A stretch of DNA of 64,000 nt from Octopus vulgaris (GCA_951406725.2 OX597816.1:60450001-60514000); one strand, 5' to 3'. Counted from the stretch's first letter, positions 37,505 to 51,452 are shown. The notes: generated by a model from the sequence alone, not told the origin. A program made the numbers and translations.

Positions 37505-38259
37505 CCTTCGACATTTAGTTCATGCAATTAAAAAAAGTGCATTATTTATGGGATGACCCGATACAATTAAGCACAATTACAAAAGAACAAAAAGGCAAGA
37601 GAATGAGACGGAAAAAATTTACAGGAATGAGTTCATAACAATATTACAAGAACTGGAGACGATTATGCATGCTACTAAGGGTAAAGTTTCTAGTATTCCT
37701 ACATAGTTCTTTTTTGTTTTTTGAATGCAGTACTTATTGTTGCGCATGTAAAATATTCTAAACAAACAGTCTCATGAAGTTCATAGTTTTAATGTCTGCA
37801 TCTGAATGCGTGCTGTAAATTATACGGTACACGTAAAGTTTAGTCAACTGTTTGCAGGTGACTGTGCAAGAAACAAGCAAATTGCCATTTCCCCCTCTTT
37901 TTAGTTGCAACATTTTTTTTGTATTTGCTTTATAGGAAAACGATGTTTCATTTCGTCTTCTACGAAATTCATGATTCTCAGAACTATGAATAGCTGATGT
38001 ACGCAAATAAATACCCTTTTCTCTATTGAAAAATGGGACGAGCAACTGAATGCATGTATAGGCCTAAAGCCTGGAGCAATTTTCGTAATTTCATAGATAT
38101 TAGATGCTTTAATATCTATAAAATTATTTTTCTTCAGTTCATTTAAATATATAGCTGCACATATATTCATATGGATTTGTTATAATATTGAATATTGTGC
38201 GACGAGTCATTTATCTTTTGCATATGCAGTACTGTATGCGCTACAAGGTAAAAAGTAAT

Positions 38260-38293
<34 letters not shown>

Positions 38294-38979
38294 AGACATA
38301 CATACACACATATATGCGGAGCTTCTTTTAATTTCCGTCTATCAAATCTACTCACAAGGCTTTGGTCGGCCCGAAGCTATGGTAGACGACACCGTTTGCG
38401 CCACGCCGTGGGACTGAGCCCCGAACCATGTGATTGGGAATCAAGCCTCTTACCACACAGCTATATATATTCTCAAACGACACAGTCGCACACAGAGATT
38501 GATTCCCGTTTAACCGTTCATAATACACGATAGAAACACACTTTTCTAACCTCCAAAAGCCTGATGCGTATTACACGCAGATACGAAACCAAAATTTCTG
38601 CGCGTTGAGAGTAGCATCTCGGACTCCGGTTCCTCTCTGCGAACATTATTTCGTCAATTGGCAGCGCTGGTGTGCATCGAGAAGAAACAATGGCCTTGAA
38701 TAATCATAGGAGGCTTACTGTAAAACTGAATAACGATAAAGGACACGGAGAGAAGTTTTATGAGCACTTCACTATTCAATTTTTCTTTTCATGTTGCTTT
38801 GACATCCTACCAGTGGCAGTGTTAGCGCACTCTTGGAAGGATGGCTGCCGTCAACGCCATCGCCTCTGCTGCTGCTGCTGCCACTGCCGTTGTCTGCGTC
38901 TCTGCCTCCACCTCCACCTCCGTCTCCGGCGTTATATAATTTGACAACTTGTCATTACTTTTTACTTCTCAGGTGTAGT

Positions 38980-39190
38980 AATATCCTTTTCTACTCTAGG
39001 CACAAGGCCCGAAATTTTTGGGGCGGGGGCCAGTCGATTAGATCGACCCCAGTACGCAACTGGTATTTAATTTATCGACATCGAAAGGATGAAAGGCAAA
39101 GTCGACCTCGGCGGAATTTGAACTCAGAACGTAACGGCAGACGGAATACCGCTAAGCATTTTGCCCGGCGTGCTAATGTTTCTGCCAGCT
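38980..39190 (-). mobile_element. SINE family A, alternative tail (gggccttgtgcctagagtagaaaagg)
   Basis: Family A body with a different 3' end; the same tail occurs at 45185-45381(+). Confidence 0.85.
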
Positions 39191-41517
39191 CAAACCGCGC
39201 GTTATATATGGATGCATTTTTACTTTTTACTTTTTATATGGAAAAACCTATATTGTGTATTATACACGGGCAAATGCGTACAAATAAGCAAACGCAGATT
39301 TGAAACGGTGACAGTACGAGAAATAAGAACCTTATAGGGGATGCTGAGCGAAAGATTCTTATTTAGAAAATAATGGAAAATATCTTGCCATTCATTTATA
39401 TTTTCTCAGCTATTCTACAGACAAATTAAAGACTTTTACCTCAGCCATGATACAGTTCGTTTCACGACTACAAAGTTTCGGGTACGACCCCATGCAACTC
39501 ACTGGACAAGCATCTGTAAAAATACCCTTGGGTTGACCGAAACTTTAGAAGTGAAATATAATTGATGGTATCCGTAAAAAAGAACCCCGTCAGAGGAACA
39601 GTTTTCGTATTCCTAGACAGTAGACGTAAACGATCACTCGATTTAATACCAGCACCTGTAATTACTTATATGTTCTTACTGGGGTTATGCTGGTTCAGGC
39701 CAGGTTGCCAGCTTGAAGATAACTTCTCCCTTTACTCTCACTGTCTCAGAAGCCTTGAAAATGTCACAGCTGTAACCATTTTTTCTCTGACTGGACATTA
39801 CCGTCTCGAGTCCAAGAACTCAGAGAGCCGCTTACTCGGTTTCCATGACATTAAATGACCGAGACCGTAACATTCTTAATAGGGCGCCAGTCTGTTGTAG
39901 GGTCGCTCATTTACAACTGATTGGACTGGAGCAACGCGAAATGAAGCGTTTTGCGCAAAAAAAAACACCGCACGGTTCGGGAATCGAAATCACGATCTTG
40001 CGATTGTAACACTCTAATCACAAGGCAACAAGCCCTCACCTTTGTTTAGTTAACTTATAAAAGATAAACAAATGCATCTTAGCAATGTTCTAATTATTTC
40101 TTGATTTCATTTGTGTAATTCTCTGTTGCTATCAGTACAAATTCATAACAATTCCATAAGGGGACTAGTAGCAAAACAGGATATTTTTTTATCTTACATT
40201 TTTAATGTGTTTATTTATTGCATTGATACACAAAAATATCAGTCTTTTTCGGAGAAATTTTATACTTCACTGGTTCGTCTTTATCGACATTTAGAGGATG
40301 GAATTCAGAGTTTTCAGTGCAATATTTATTAGGTTTAGTAAATGTCTTGTGGTATTTAGTTCCCATTTCAAATACCACCTAGGCTGACATTTCATTTTGC
40401 CTTTCTGAGGTTGATGAAATACCTGTCAAGTACTAGAGTCGATGCAATCGAAAATATAGCTCCCACAAAAATTTGCTGGCTTGTCTCTAAGATATCATTA
40501 TTGGGGCAGTGGGTGGTAGAAATAGGAGAAAATCAAATAAAATACCTTATGGAACAATTATTGATTATATTCGTCTCCCACAAAGGAATGGTATCTGCAC
40601 TATAATAAAGAAGGCCGCTTATTAATTCATTATGAGTAGGAATAGTTTTAGTGGAGGCACATGGCCTAGTGGTTAGAGCAGCAGACTCGCGGTCGAGGGA
40701 TCGTGGGTTCGAATCTCAGTACCAGGCGATGTGTGTGTTTATGAGCAAAACACCTAAGCTCCACGCGGCTCCGGCAGAAGGTAATGGCGAACTTCTGCTG
40801 ACTCTTTCGCCACAACTTTCTCTCACTCTTGCATCTTGCAGCTCACCTGCGACGGACTGGCGTCCCTTCCAGCTGGGGAACCTATATGCCAAGGAAACCG
40901 GGAAACCGGCCCTTATGAGCCAGGCATGGCTCGAGAAGGAACATACTTGAATAGTTTTACTAAAGCAATTTTGAAATCTACACTGTCTAGCAAATTCTTA
41001 TAAATTCCAATCTTAAATTTTTTTATTGTAATTTTTTTTTATTATTTAATGTAAAATGTTTTATTTAATGTAAAAAAATTACATTATGTAATTTAATGTA
41101 AAATTTAATGTTTAAATTTGTATTATTGAAATTTAACTACACGAATCATCCAGAAAACTGATTTCTATTCATCGGGACATAGTATTTTTAACGTCTTACA
41201 TTTGTATCCCTTTTCTTCTACTGTTTCCTTGCAACAGTGTTCTCCCTCTTTTTTCCTTCCAGTCCACCTCTTCTTTGTTTATCACCTCTATTCCTATTAG
41301 TCTTTCTCCTTCTCTATCCTTATAACTTTTATCTTTCTCACTCTTACCCTTATCGTTTTTTGTTTGTTTGCTTTTTTCAACGACTTTTTCCTTTCGGACT
41401 TTGTTTCTTCTCTTTCGCACAAACTTTGTTTATAACCCTTCCCTCGTTATATCATCGTACTTATCGTTTTCCCTTCCATACCCCATTGTATTTACTTTCT
41501 TTCTTTGCAATGCTCTC

Positions 41518-41572
<55 letters not shown>

Positions 41573-42894
41573 ATCTCGCTCGCTCTTTACTGACTTTCTT
41601 CAATTGTTTTCATTAAGAATAAGTAATTATAATGTTTTCCTTTGAGACACTCTTTCTTTGAGAATATGTTTTTCTTCGAGGATATTTCTGGAAATTTTTA
41701 CACGATGTCTATTTATATCAACATTATTTAGGAATTTTACATTTATTAGCAGATATGCTAATATATGCTAAATTTTTCATGTATTAGCAAATACGCACAT
41801 CACAGCAGCTTCGTACAAGTAAACCTGACAGACACCTGCAAAAAACTGCATTAAGGGCAGTGTTCCTCTTAGTGGAAGTGATGTAAGAAATCTATCGTAA
41901 TACTTTCCATAACAATTTACGTCCTCCATGTCAAAGTGACATCACTGTACTCTGACTCTATAAACTACAACTTAGTGACTTAGTTCTACATTAATGCTGT
42001 AATAGGTCATCAAACGAACTATTCAATTTTAAAAAAAACGGAAAAAAATTGGCACTCAACCGGTTACAACAAGTTGGGTTCCAATTGAATTGATCAACGG
42101 AATAGCTTGCTCGTGAAATTAATAAGTAAGTGGCTGAGCACTCTACAGACACGCCTATCCTCTATGCAGTTCTCAGGGAGATCCACCGTGACACAGAATA
42201 TGACAAGGCTGGTCCTTTGAATTACATGTACGACTCATTTTTGCCAGCTGAGTGGACTGGAGCAGTGTGAAATAAAGTGCCTTGCTCAAGATCACAACGA
42301 CTTAGTGCGACAACTGCTACACATTCTCTGCAAATCACCAGCTTATAACTTTTTAACACAGTTTCTACACTAACGCTATACTAATACTACAAACGCTACG
42401 CATTCTAGGACAACTGCCACCGCCCATCCCAGCGCCCTTGATTCTAGATAAGTGACTACTAACAATTGCCTTCTGAACAATTACTCCCCTGGGACAACTG
42501 CCTCCGTATAATTACCACCTGGACTATTCCCCCCAATTAAGTGAAAATTAAGAAAAAGCACAATTATTGCGATGCAAATAATTACTTATGAAGCACAGTT
42601 TTTATTTTCATGATTTATCTGTTATCCAATTATAAACAGTAATTATCTATACAGCTGACATGAACTAATAGATCAGAAGACCTAACTGAAACAACTGCTA
42701 GTGTACATAACTCATTTTACCTCTTCCCTGTAGAGTATTGCTTTCTGTTTAGAAAGTAAGCATTCAAGGTTTTTCCTATCGTTTGCTTATGGGCATCATA
42801 TAACCTGCTCATACTAATACTTAGCAGTAACACGGAAGATTTCAACTCACACCACTTGGTATTTGCTAATATAAGGACTGAACATCTATATTTT

Positions 42895-42935
<41 letters not shown>

Positions 42936-43388
42936 AGTGGCTGTGTAGTAAGTAGCTTGCTTACCAACGACATGGTTCCGGGTTCAGTCCCACTGCGTGC
43001 TACCTTGGGCAAATGTCTTGTATGACTTATGTGCAGCCCTTTATGCGAACTCTCGACCTACTAGAAATAGCATCTAAATTTCCCATAATCTTTTATCTTG
43101 TTTTACTTTTTACTTGTTTCGGTCATTGAATTGTGGCCATACTGGTGCACCCACCTTGAACAGCCGAGTCGAACAAATCGATCCCAGGACTATTTTCTTT
43201 TAAGACTGATACTTATTGTATAGATCTTGTTTCTCGAATCCTTAAGTTACAAACCAATACGGGCTGTCCTGGGGTAACGGGGTACAAACACAACAACACA
43301 TTTGGGATGCTAGATTGTAAAATTTCTTATATCTTAGTTTCCTTATTCTTTGTTGTCTTTCATTCTCGTTAAATGGAAAGTGTTTGAG

Positions 43389-43914
43389 AATTGAGCATTT
43401 ACCCTCGTGAGACAGAAAAAATGAAAAAGAAGTTGCCAGAAGACGGTTATGGAAATTGAACTCTGTACCCCTAGAAATACCGGTTAAGGCGGTGAGCTGG
43501 CAGAAACGTTAGCACGCCGGGCGAAATGCGTAGCCGTATTTCGTCTGCCGTTACGTTCTAAGTTCAAATTCCGCCGAGGTCGACTTTGTCTTTCATCCTT
43601 TCGGGGTCGATAAATTAAGTACCAGTTACGCACTGGGTTCGATATAATCGACTTAATCCCTTTGTCTGTCCTTGTTTGTCCCCTCTGTGTTTAGCCCCTT
43701 GTGGGCAATAAAGAAATAAGAAATACCGGTTAAGTGCGCTACCATTAGGCTAAACGACCTCTGAGAACAGCCACTGCTAAATTTAAAGTTATTATTTAGC
43801 ATTAAAATTGATGGTAAATGTTGTCGGGACCTTTTACCTTAAAATACAAGGTTCGATTTCCGTAGCCGCCTACTGGCAACTTTTTTCTCGTCTTACAAGA
43901 GTAAATATTCAATT
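43389..43914. mobile_element. Element with about 75-bp imperfect inverted arms and tRNA-like boxes, interrupted by SINE A (43487-43720) with a 16-bp target duplication
   Basis: 43389-43467 is the approximate reverse complement of 43845-43914; agaaataccggttaag at 43473-43488 and 43719-43734. Confidence 0.7.
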
Positions 43915-43986
43915 TGTCTCTGCTCTTCTCACAGCTATACTGCATTTGAAATTTAATTCCTTATCTGTAAAAAACGCTTACACACA

Positions 43987-44058
<72 letters not shown>

Positions 44059-44855
44059 CAAATACACACACACATATGCACATACTCAAATATAGACGGA
44101 CTTTTTTCAGCGACAAAATCCATTCACAAGGTTGGTCCTAAATAGATTATGTTGAAATAAAGATTGACGGATAACGGATCTGAACGTCTTTTATCTTACA
44201 CCTTTCCAATCAGGGGTTAAAAAACCCCAGCTACAACATCAACAATACAGCGGAAATCCATCCTTGCGTTGCGGTTATGATTTCTCTTTTACACTTTTCT
44301 CCGAATAAGACAAGACAATGGATAACTTCCACTCGCAATGTCGCCTTTACGCTCGTTTGTTAGATTACTGACTGAAAATATATCCTTGAGAATAGAACGA
44401 ACATTACCTCTTTTTCTTAAAACTCTTCAGACTTTACGACTACGCAATAAAACCAATAGTTATTCTCTATAACTTGCTTTAGTATTCTGCTGGTGTTTTT
44501 TCTCATCAATTAAAACGTTTAACGGTCTGCACCATTATACAATAGCGCTATTTAACCATGCTGACATGTGAGTGGAGAGATATTTAGATTTAGCTAAAGT
44601 TCGTTATCTTTCCAGATTTGTATGTAATCAATAGTCTCTTCAAATTAGCCACTCAGGATATCTATTGTTTTGATATTGTATAAATAATGAAGGATCTTCA
44701 TTTTAAATTCTGAGATGTTCTGATTTTTTAGTCGTTGATAGCTTTGCTCCTAATCTCTTAGGATTTGTTTAATCTGTGAGCGAATTAGCAAGACAAGCGT
44801 TTCTTTCTTAGTAGCAGTTCTCTAAGAATTGTAATCTTTTACTAAATTATTATTA

Positions 44856-44931
<76 letters not shown>

Positions 44932-44944
44932 AATTATCATTATT

Positions 44945-45381
44945 GGCAGAATCGTAAACACGCCGGACGAAATACTTAGCGGTATTTCGCCCATCGTTAA
45001 GTTCTGAGTTCAAATTCCGCTGAGGTCGACTTTGCCTTTCATCCTTTCGGAGTTGATAAATTAAGTACCTGTGCAACATTGGGGTCGATGTAATCGATTC
45101 ATCCCTTCCCCCAAAATGGCTACCCTTATGGCAAATTTGAAACCATTATTCTTATTATTATCATAATTATTATTATCATTATTAGCAGAATCGTTAGCAC
45201 GCCGGGCAAAATGCTTAGGGTATTTCGTCACTTTCTGAGTTCAAATTCCCCAGAGGTCGACTTTGACTTTCATTATTTCGGGGTCGATGAAATAAGTACC
45301 AGTTACGCACTGGGGTCGATGAAATTGACTGGCCTCCTCGCCCCAAAATTTCGGGCCTTGTGCCTATAGTAGAAAGGATTA
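44945..45381 (+). mobile_element. Two SINE A copies within (TTA)/(TCA) repeats
   Basis: ggcagaatcgtaaacacgccggacg... and agcagaatcgttagcacgccgggc... Confidence 0.85.
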
Positions 45382-45489
45382 TCATCATCATCATCATTAT
45401 TCACATATACTCAACAGATTAGTCTGTTGGAAAAGAAAAGAAAAGAATCCTAACATTGGGCTACAACAAGTAGCTTTAGATGCCAAGAA

Positions 45490-45819
45490 TCCACCTATTG
45501 GGTTACAGCAAGTAACCTTAGATGCCAAGAACTCTCCTAAGTATCCTAGCTGTCCCTAGTAACACTGTTTTCTGTAGCGGCTGCACTAAACTGGGTTTTA
45601 TGCTTATTTCCTCCATCCATTAGTTTAGATATTTAGGGATAGTTCACAATGCACCTATAACTATTGGGATATATTTTATCCGCGCTTTCCATAGTCTCAA
45701 TAATTCAATAGTTGGGTCCTGGCACAGGACCTAGCTATATTATATTATTATTCTCATATTAACTTTTTCATCATTTGGGACTGTCAAGTCAATTATCTGG
45801 CACTTTCTATTCTCTTTAT

Positions 45820-45862
<43 letters not shown>

Positions 45863-48160
45863 CAAATCAGGCCTTCTAGCTTCTATTACTCTGTCAGTCT
45901 GAATGTTAAAGTCCCACAACATCTTGTATTTCTTACTTTCTAATACTTTACTAAGTTCATGTTCATACCGTTTACCAGTATGTTCAAATCCTAACTTTCT
46001 AAATAGCTCTCGGTAAATTACCCTCCCTAGATTGTCATGTCTTTTCTTGTATTCTTTCTGTACCAGTATGCTACATTCACTTACAATATGATAATTCTTT
46101 TCTTTTTTGATTTGCATAATCTACATAGGGAATCTACTTGGTTTTTGTCTATCTTGGCTTTTATACAATTAGTCTTTAATGCTTGATCTCGTGCCGATAC
46201 TAACAAACTGTCTGTCTTCCTCTTCTTTGGGAATCTACCATGCAACGCCTTCACCTGCCAGTCAGATAATTTCTGTTCTTTTTTCTGGTTTTTAATTTCG
46301 TTTGGTGTTTTGGTTTCCCTATGTCTTGCTGTGACTCTAGCAGCTTTTAATAAATTTTCTTCTCTATTACCTACATAAGAGTCTATGTCTACTCTAGCTA
46401 ACTCCACGCAGTCTTCTACTGATATTAACCCTCTTCCACTTCTTTTCCTTCATATTGAATTCCTTCCTATTTCTTCTGTCTAGCCTTGCTAATTCAGTTT
46501 TCGTTCAATCTACAATAGCTGCCGAATATCTACGTAATGATACTGCCCAAATATTTACAGCCTTTACTAAATTCGGACTATTTAGCTTTGTCTTCACTAG
46601 CTTCCTCACCCTTCTGATGTACTCCTTTTCAATATTCGTTTTCATTTCTGTAGTTTGTGCTCTATCAGATTCTAATACTCCTAGATACTTATAACTCTCT
46701 CCTCCTTTCAATGATTTTATCTATGCCAAATTCCATGCCTATATCTTTGCTGAAGAGTCTTACAATTTGTATTAAGGAATCTATCTTATTTTCATTCTTA
46801 CTAAAAAGCTTCAGATCATCCATCTAAAGCAAATGATTAATTTTTCCATTAATATCTCTGAACTGATACTCTGCCTCTGCCTTCCTTAATACCAAACTGA
46901 GGGGTATCAAACATAAGACAAATATTAAAGGGGACAACGCGCCCATTGGAAAATTCCTCTGTTGATATTAACTTCCCTAAGAGTGTGTCACCTGTATAGA
47001 GATTTACTTTCCATTTCCTCATCCTAAAGTTAATTAATTCTCTTATGTTGTCTCCTATTCTGAAAATACTGAAACATTCACTTACTTATGAGAGTGGGAT
47101 ATTGTCATAGGCTTTCTTATAATCTATCCATGCTATTGTTAGATTTTTCTTTCTAGCTTTTACTTCATTTAGACCTGTTTTGTCTATATAAATAGATCAT
47201 GCGTTCCTCTAGCCTTCTTCCTGCAACCTTTCTCTTCTTCTGGCTGTCAAGGTTCTCGTAAATGCTTTCCGAAAGTATTCCTGTTAACAGCTTCCACACT
47301 AATAGTAAGCAAGTGATTGGTCTATAGTTGCTAGCTATATTTCCCTTGCTCTTATTGTTCATAATCACTGTTGTCCACCCTTAGTGATCGAATCTGGAAT
47401 TATTCCTCCATTAAGGCAATCCTGAAGTTGTTCCCTCAGCCTCCCATGTAAACTACTGAATTTCTTTAGCCATTACCGTTGAACTAAATCTGGTCCTGGG
47501 CCCTTCAAACTCGGCATTTTTTCTAACACTTTACTCATTAACACACTAGTTAATCTTAGATCTGGCTGCTTCTCACTCACTACTTCTTCCCTCACTTCCT
47601 TTAACTATACTGCATTTCCATTATGATTGACTGGTTTATCCCAAATATAATTCCAGAACTTTCTAACTTCCTCTGTATTAAGTTTCTTATCTTCAGTACT
47701 TCGTTCTCCACAATTTTTTTGGTTATAAAATCTCCACTGGTCTGTCTCAAATAATCTATTCTGCTGATACTGATCTATTTTTCTGATATCTATAGAGCTT
47801 ACCTGCTACTACTATGATACGTTGTTTCAACTTTTCTATTATTGTCCCAAATCCTTTCTCTTTGACTAAGTATCTTTCCTCGAGCAAGAATTGCATTTTG
47901 TGTTTTCTAACTTGTTTGTTTCCCAGGCTTCTATTCTACTCAAATCTTGTCTTAAAGTCTTCTCTTTATTTTATAGTCTCCTTTTCCACATTTACTCTTT
48001 TTGAATCTTTCCCTGTGAGATATCTAATCTTCTGGTGACTACTATCCCTCTTGTATTGATCAATAAGTTAGTGTCTTCTATATTTTTAGTATCTATCCTG
48101 CTGATAACAAAATCTACTTTCCTAGTCATTTCTTGTAGCTTCCTTCTGTTGGTGCCTTTT
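45490..48160 (-). mobile_element. Decayed R4/Dong-clade LINE (RT, zinc motif and restriction-like endonuclease)
   Basis: SNYRPITCLLLVWKLLTGIL, YKYLGVLES, ARDQAL..CRLC..HIVSEC, LWDFNIQTDRVIEARRPDL(V)nDKENRKCQIIDLTVP; many frameshifts. Confidence 0.9.
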
Positions 48161-48819
48161 AATACACCAATGATGGTCAGAAAAATAAAAGTGCTTCATT
48201 ATCCTGAGCACCAGCAGGGTACTGCACTAAGGAGCAAAGATATCTCTTTCTTCAGCACATAGCTAGTCACAGGTCCCAACCAACACTTCCAAACTAGAAT
48301 GTGAATAGAAGGAATGCAACTTTTGGAAATATGGAAACCAAAAGGGAAATGAGAAAGACGTGGTTCGAAAGGGGGATGACGAAGCCTAAAGACTGAAAGA
48401 TCGAGGACCCCACCGCCACGTCCCCACAGAAAGATTATTGCCCGATCACATATCTTCGACTTCGCAGTTGTCCACGAGGACAATGTGAAGTTGGTAGACC
48501 AGGAACAAGAACAAAAAAGCTGGAAATTACGGTGCTGGTAACGGATAAACCGAAAGATTTCCTCCTTGCATTCCAGAAAGATAAACAGCTGATGAAGACA
48601 ATAGCAACAATCAATCAACGAATAAGACAATTCTTACGAGAAGAACTGGAGGAGTTCGTTGTTGAGTCAAAGTACCGACATTTTACAATTACCTTTAGTA
48701 AGCTCCACTTATTTGTCTTCTCATTGACTGTTTCAGAAGAAGGATTAAACATTAGATGTTTAAATAATCGTAGCACTTGATTTCAGTATGATAGCTATAA
48801 CATCACTCGATTTAGATGT

Positions 48820-49700
48820 AGTTGCTGTCAGCAAAAAAAAAAAGAAAAAAAGATTTCCAACACGTAGTCATTCGCACTTCTCCAGATTAACTACATAGCG
48901 TTCGCCGTTTTCGAATAACCCGGGTCGCGTGGAGTGGTGAGTTGTTTAGGGAAGAAGTTTGCTTTGAGTTTAAGAACAATCTTTCGATGCTCGGACTGCA
49001 AGTCGATGGTCCTAGATGTGAATAATAGGTAAGATGATACAGCAGAACTGGTGGCCTTCATTGATCCAATACGGGAAAGACTGCCAGATTTCCTCAGACA
49101 CATCGAGACCTTTCTGTGTATGCCATACTCATTAGCATATATTGGCGCCTGAAATGGTATTTTAAATGTAGGTTGGGATCAGGTAGGGATGTGTACTAGC
49201 TTTTAGAAGAATGCGTAGGCATTTGCAATTACAAAAAAGTTATCGAACTGGGTTACCTAGATACGTTTATGAGCGTGTCGTTTGGACAGTAATTAAGAAG
49301 GGTATTTGTTTAGACAGCTGATATTGTTGTCAAAATTTTCGGATGGTTGAACCACAAAACGCAAGTTTAAGATCAATAAAATCATTTCAGATAGGAATTT
49401 TTTTATAGGTTGCCGGCTGCAAGCTGCTCAAAGCCTTCAAGGATCGAATAACTGAGCTAGTTAAGCAGAAATATATAGGGGAATTATGAAAATCAAATAA
49501 TAAGTGGAACAGCTGAAAGATAATTTGCTAGGATTTTATTACAGCTTGCCAAACTAATTTGTTTCACTTTTGGCAGATAACTCTTACAACTGACTTCGAA
49601 TTGAAATAATTCGCATTCATTTTAGAGGGTCATGAGAACCATCTGAGAAAGAATGCGAGCAAGGTGACTTAATAGACAAGTTACTGAACGCAGAATTAAA
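48820..49700 (-). mobile_element. Possible highly decayed Penelope-like element (GIY-YIG region)
   Basis: Weak similarity only: SSAVSSYLLFTSRTID resembles the SAIxxHLxxxxHxID segment and YLIFHNSP resembles YLxFxSxxP. Confidence 0.3.
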
Positions 49701-49804
49701 AATTTTAGAGTGGACTATCGCACAGAAGTTTCTATCGCAAAGAAGTTGCCGGGAATAATGTCACCAGAAGTGAGTTTGTACGGAGGTTGGTTGAAAAGTC
49801 CATA

Positions 49805-51452
49805 CAGGGGCCAAATAGGTTTAAGACTAATGATCATAGTTCTTTTCCTTCATTGATTTACTTTTAATAAAACTATAAAATTATTCTACTTTTTACAGTT
49901 TACGTAGAATTTTTTTCTCTTTCGAATAATAACAGGCGTTATATATCTTTCTACAATTTGAATAGTTTTAATGCACATTTAATTCAAATAATTGAAAATT
50001 GTCGGCAAAATAATTTTAAGACTGTACCAACATTATTTTGTTTAAATTGAAAATTTACGTCACAAATGATCAACGAACAAAAATTTATTATTAGTATCTA
50101 GTTCCATAGCCATTATTTTCAATTACGGCCTTACAACAGCGTGATATGGAGTTCGACAAATGAGCACAAAAACCACTTGGAATGTTCTGCCATATTTCTT
50201 CAATAAAATTATATAATTGGGACAATTATATATAACATGAACTCTTTTAGGAACATAATTCCATAAATTTTCTATCAGATTCAAATCCGGGCTCCGTGGA
50301 GGCAACTCAATAACCACCATATTATTGCGCTCAAAATATTGCAAAACTTTCCTAGCCTTATGAACGGAGCAATTGTCCAGCTGAAAAATAGATCCCGGTG
50401 GCATCTGATTATTTAAATATGGCAGCACATTTTCATTTACTAATTGCAGATAGCCTACACTCCTCAATCTGTCATCAACCTTAACAATTGGACCAACACC
50501 TAAACTGCTGAACGCAGCCCACACCATTACTCCACCCCGCCCACCTCCCGCTTGCGTCGTTTTCTTCGCACATTTAGGATGGAATTCTTCATTTGGATGG
50601 CGTCTAACGTAAGTCTTTCCGTCTGATCCAAAGATGAAGCAGGATTCGTCGCTCCAAAGAACTTTTGACCGGTCTTCGGCCGTCCATTCAATATGGCTTT
50701 TAGCAAACTTGATCTGCTTCCTCCAGTTTGTCTCAGAAATTATCGTCTTCTTTCGAGCGATCCGGCCGAACAGTCTAAATTCTTTTAGGTGGTTTCTGAA
50801 AGTTTGTGGTGTAAAGCTGATGTCCGTTTCATCAGAGAATTGCTTGCAAATGTCCACTGCTGTTAGCATTCGGTTACCTTCAGAGAGCCTATGAATTCGC
50901 TGATTCATCTGTATTGTTTTTTTTTTCTCGGAGCGCCCGTTCTTTGCCGATCTTTGTATTGGCCAGTGGCTTGGTAAAGCTTCCATGCTTGAACACAAGC
51001 CATTTTGCTGCATCCTAATTGCTTGCTAATGTTCATGAATGACATATTTTACTGATGAAGCAACATGATCTTTGATCTAGTAACTGGGCTGATACTACGA
51101 CCCGATTATTAAACAAAACAGTGCAGTACAACCAGCCATATGACCACCCATTTGGTTTATTAATTTGCATAATGCTGGTACGGTCTTAAACTTATTTTGC
51201 CGACAATTTCTAATCATTTGAATTAGTTGCACATTAAAATTATTTAAATTGTAGAAAGATATATAACGCTTATATCATTCGAAAGAGAAACAAATTCTAC
51301 ATAAACTGTAAAAAGTAAAATAATTTTATACAGTTTTGAGGCGGTGCTCCAGCATGGCCACAGTCAAAATGGCTGAAACAAATATAAGAAAAGAGAGAAA
51401 AAGAGAAGGAATAGAACTCTTGTCATCGAACTTATACTTATTTTGGCCAGTA
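49805..51452 (-). mobile_element. Tc1-family transposon with about 230-bp IR/DR-type TIRs; SINE B tail fragment (51339-51400) in the right TIR
   Basis: 49805-50030 is the approximate reverse complement of 51177-51452; outer repeat ggccaaataggtttaagac, inner repeat cggcaaaataattttaagac; TA on both sides. Confidence 0.85.
50123..51013 (-). pseudogene. Tc1-like DDE transposase, frameshifted at both ends
   Basis: VLWSDES, VMVWAAFS, FQLDNCSVH, SPDLNLIENLW. Confidence 0.9.

Larger units (their letters stand above)
35627..37561 (-). mobile_element. Mariner DNA transposon, defective, with TIRs and TA target duplication
   Basis: TA|ttaggtcatcccataaagaatgc ... gcattatttatgggatgacccga|TA; ORF remnant KKEHIRHILFYEFNKGNSATESAKNI..WFQKFRAG (mariner HTH). 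Confidence 0.9.

Noticed and set aside
48585-48620. CTGATGA hits at about 48589 and 51052 as hammerheads
   Set aside because: No helix II followed by GAAA and no helix I partner
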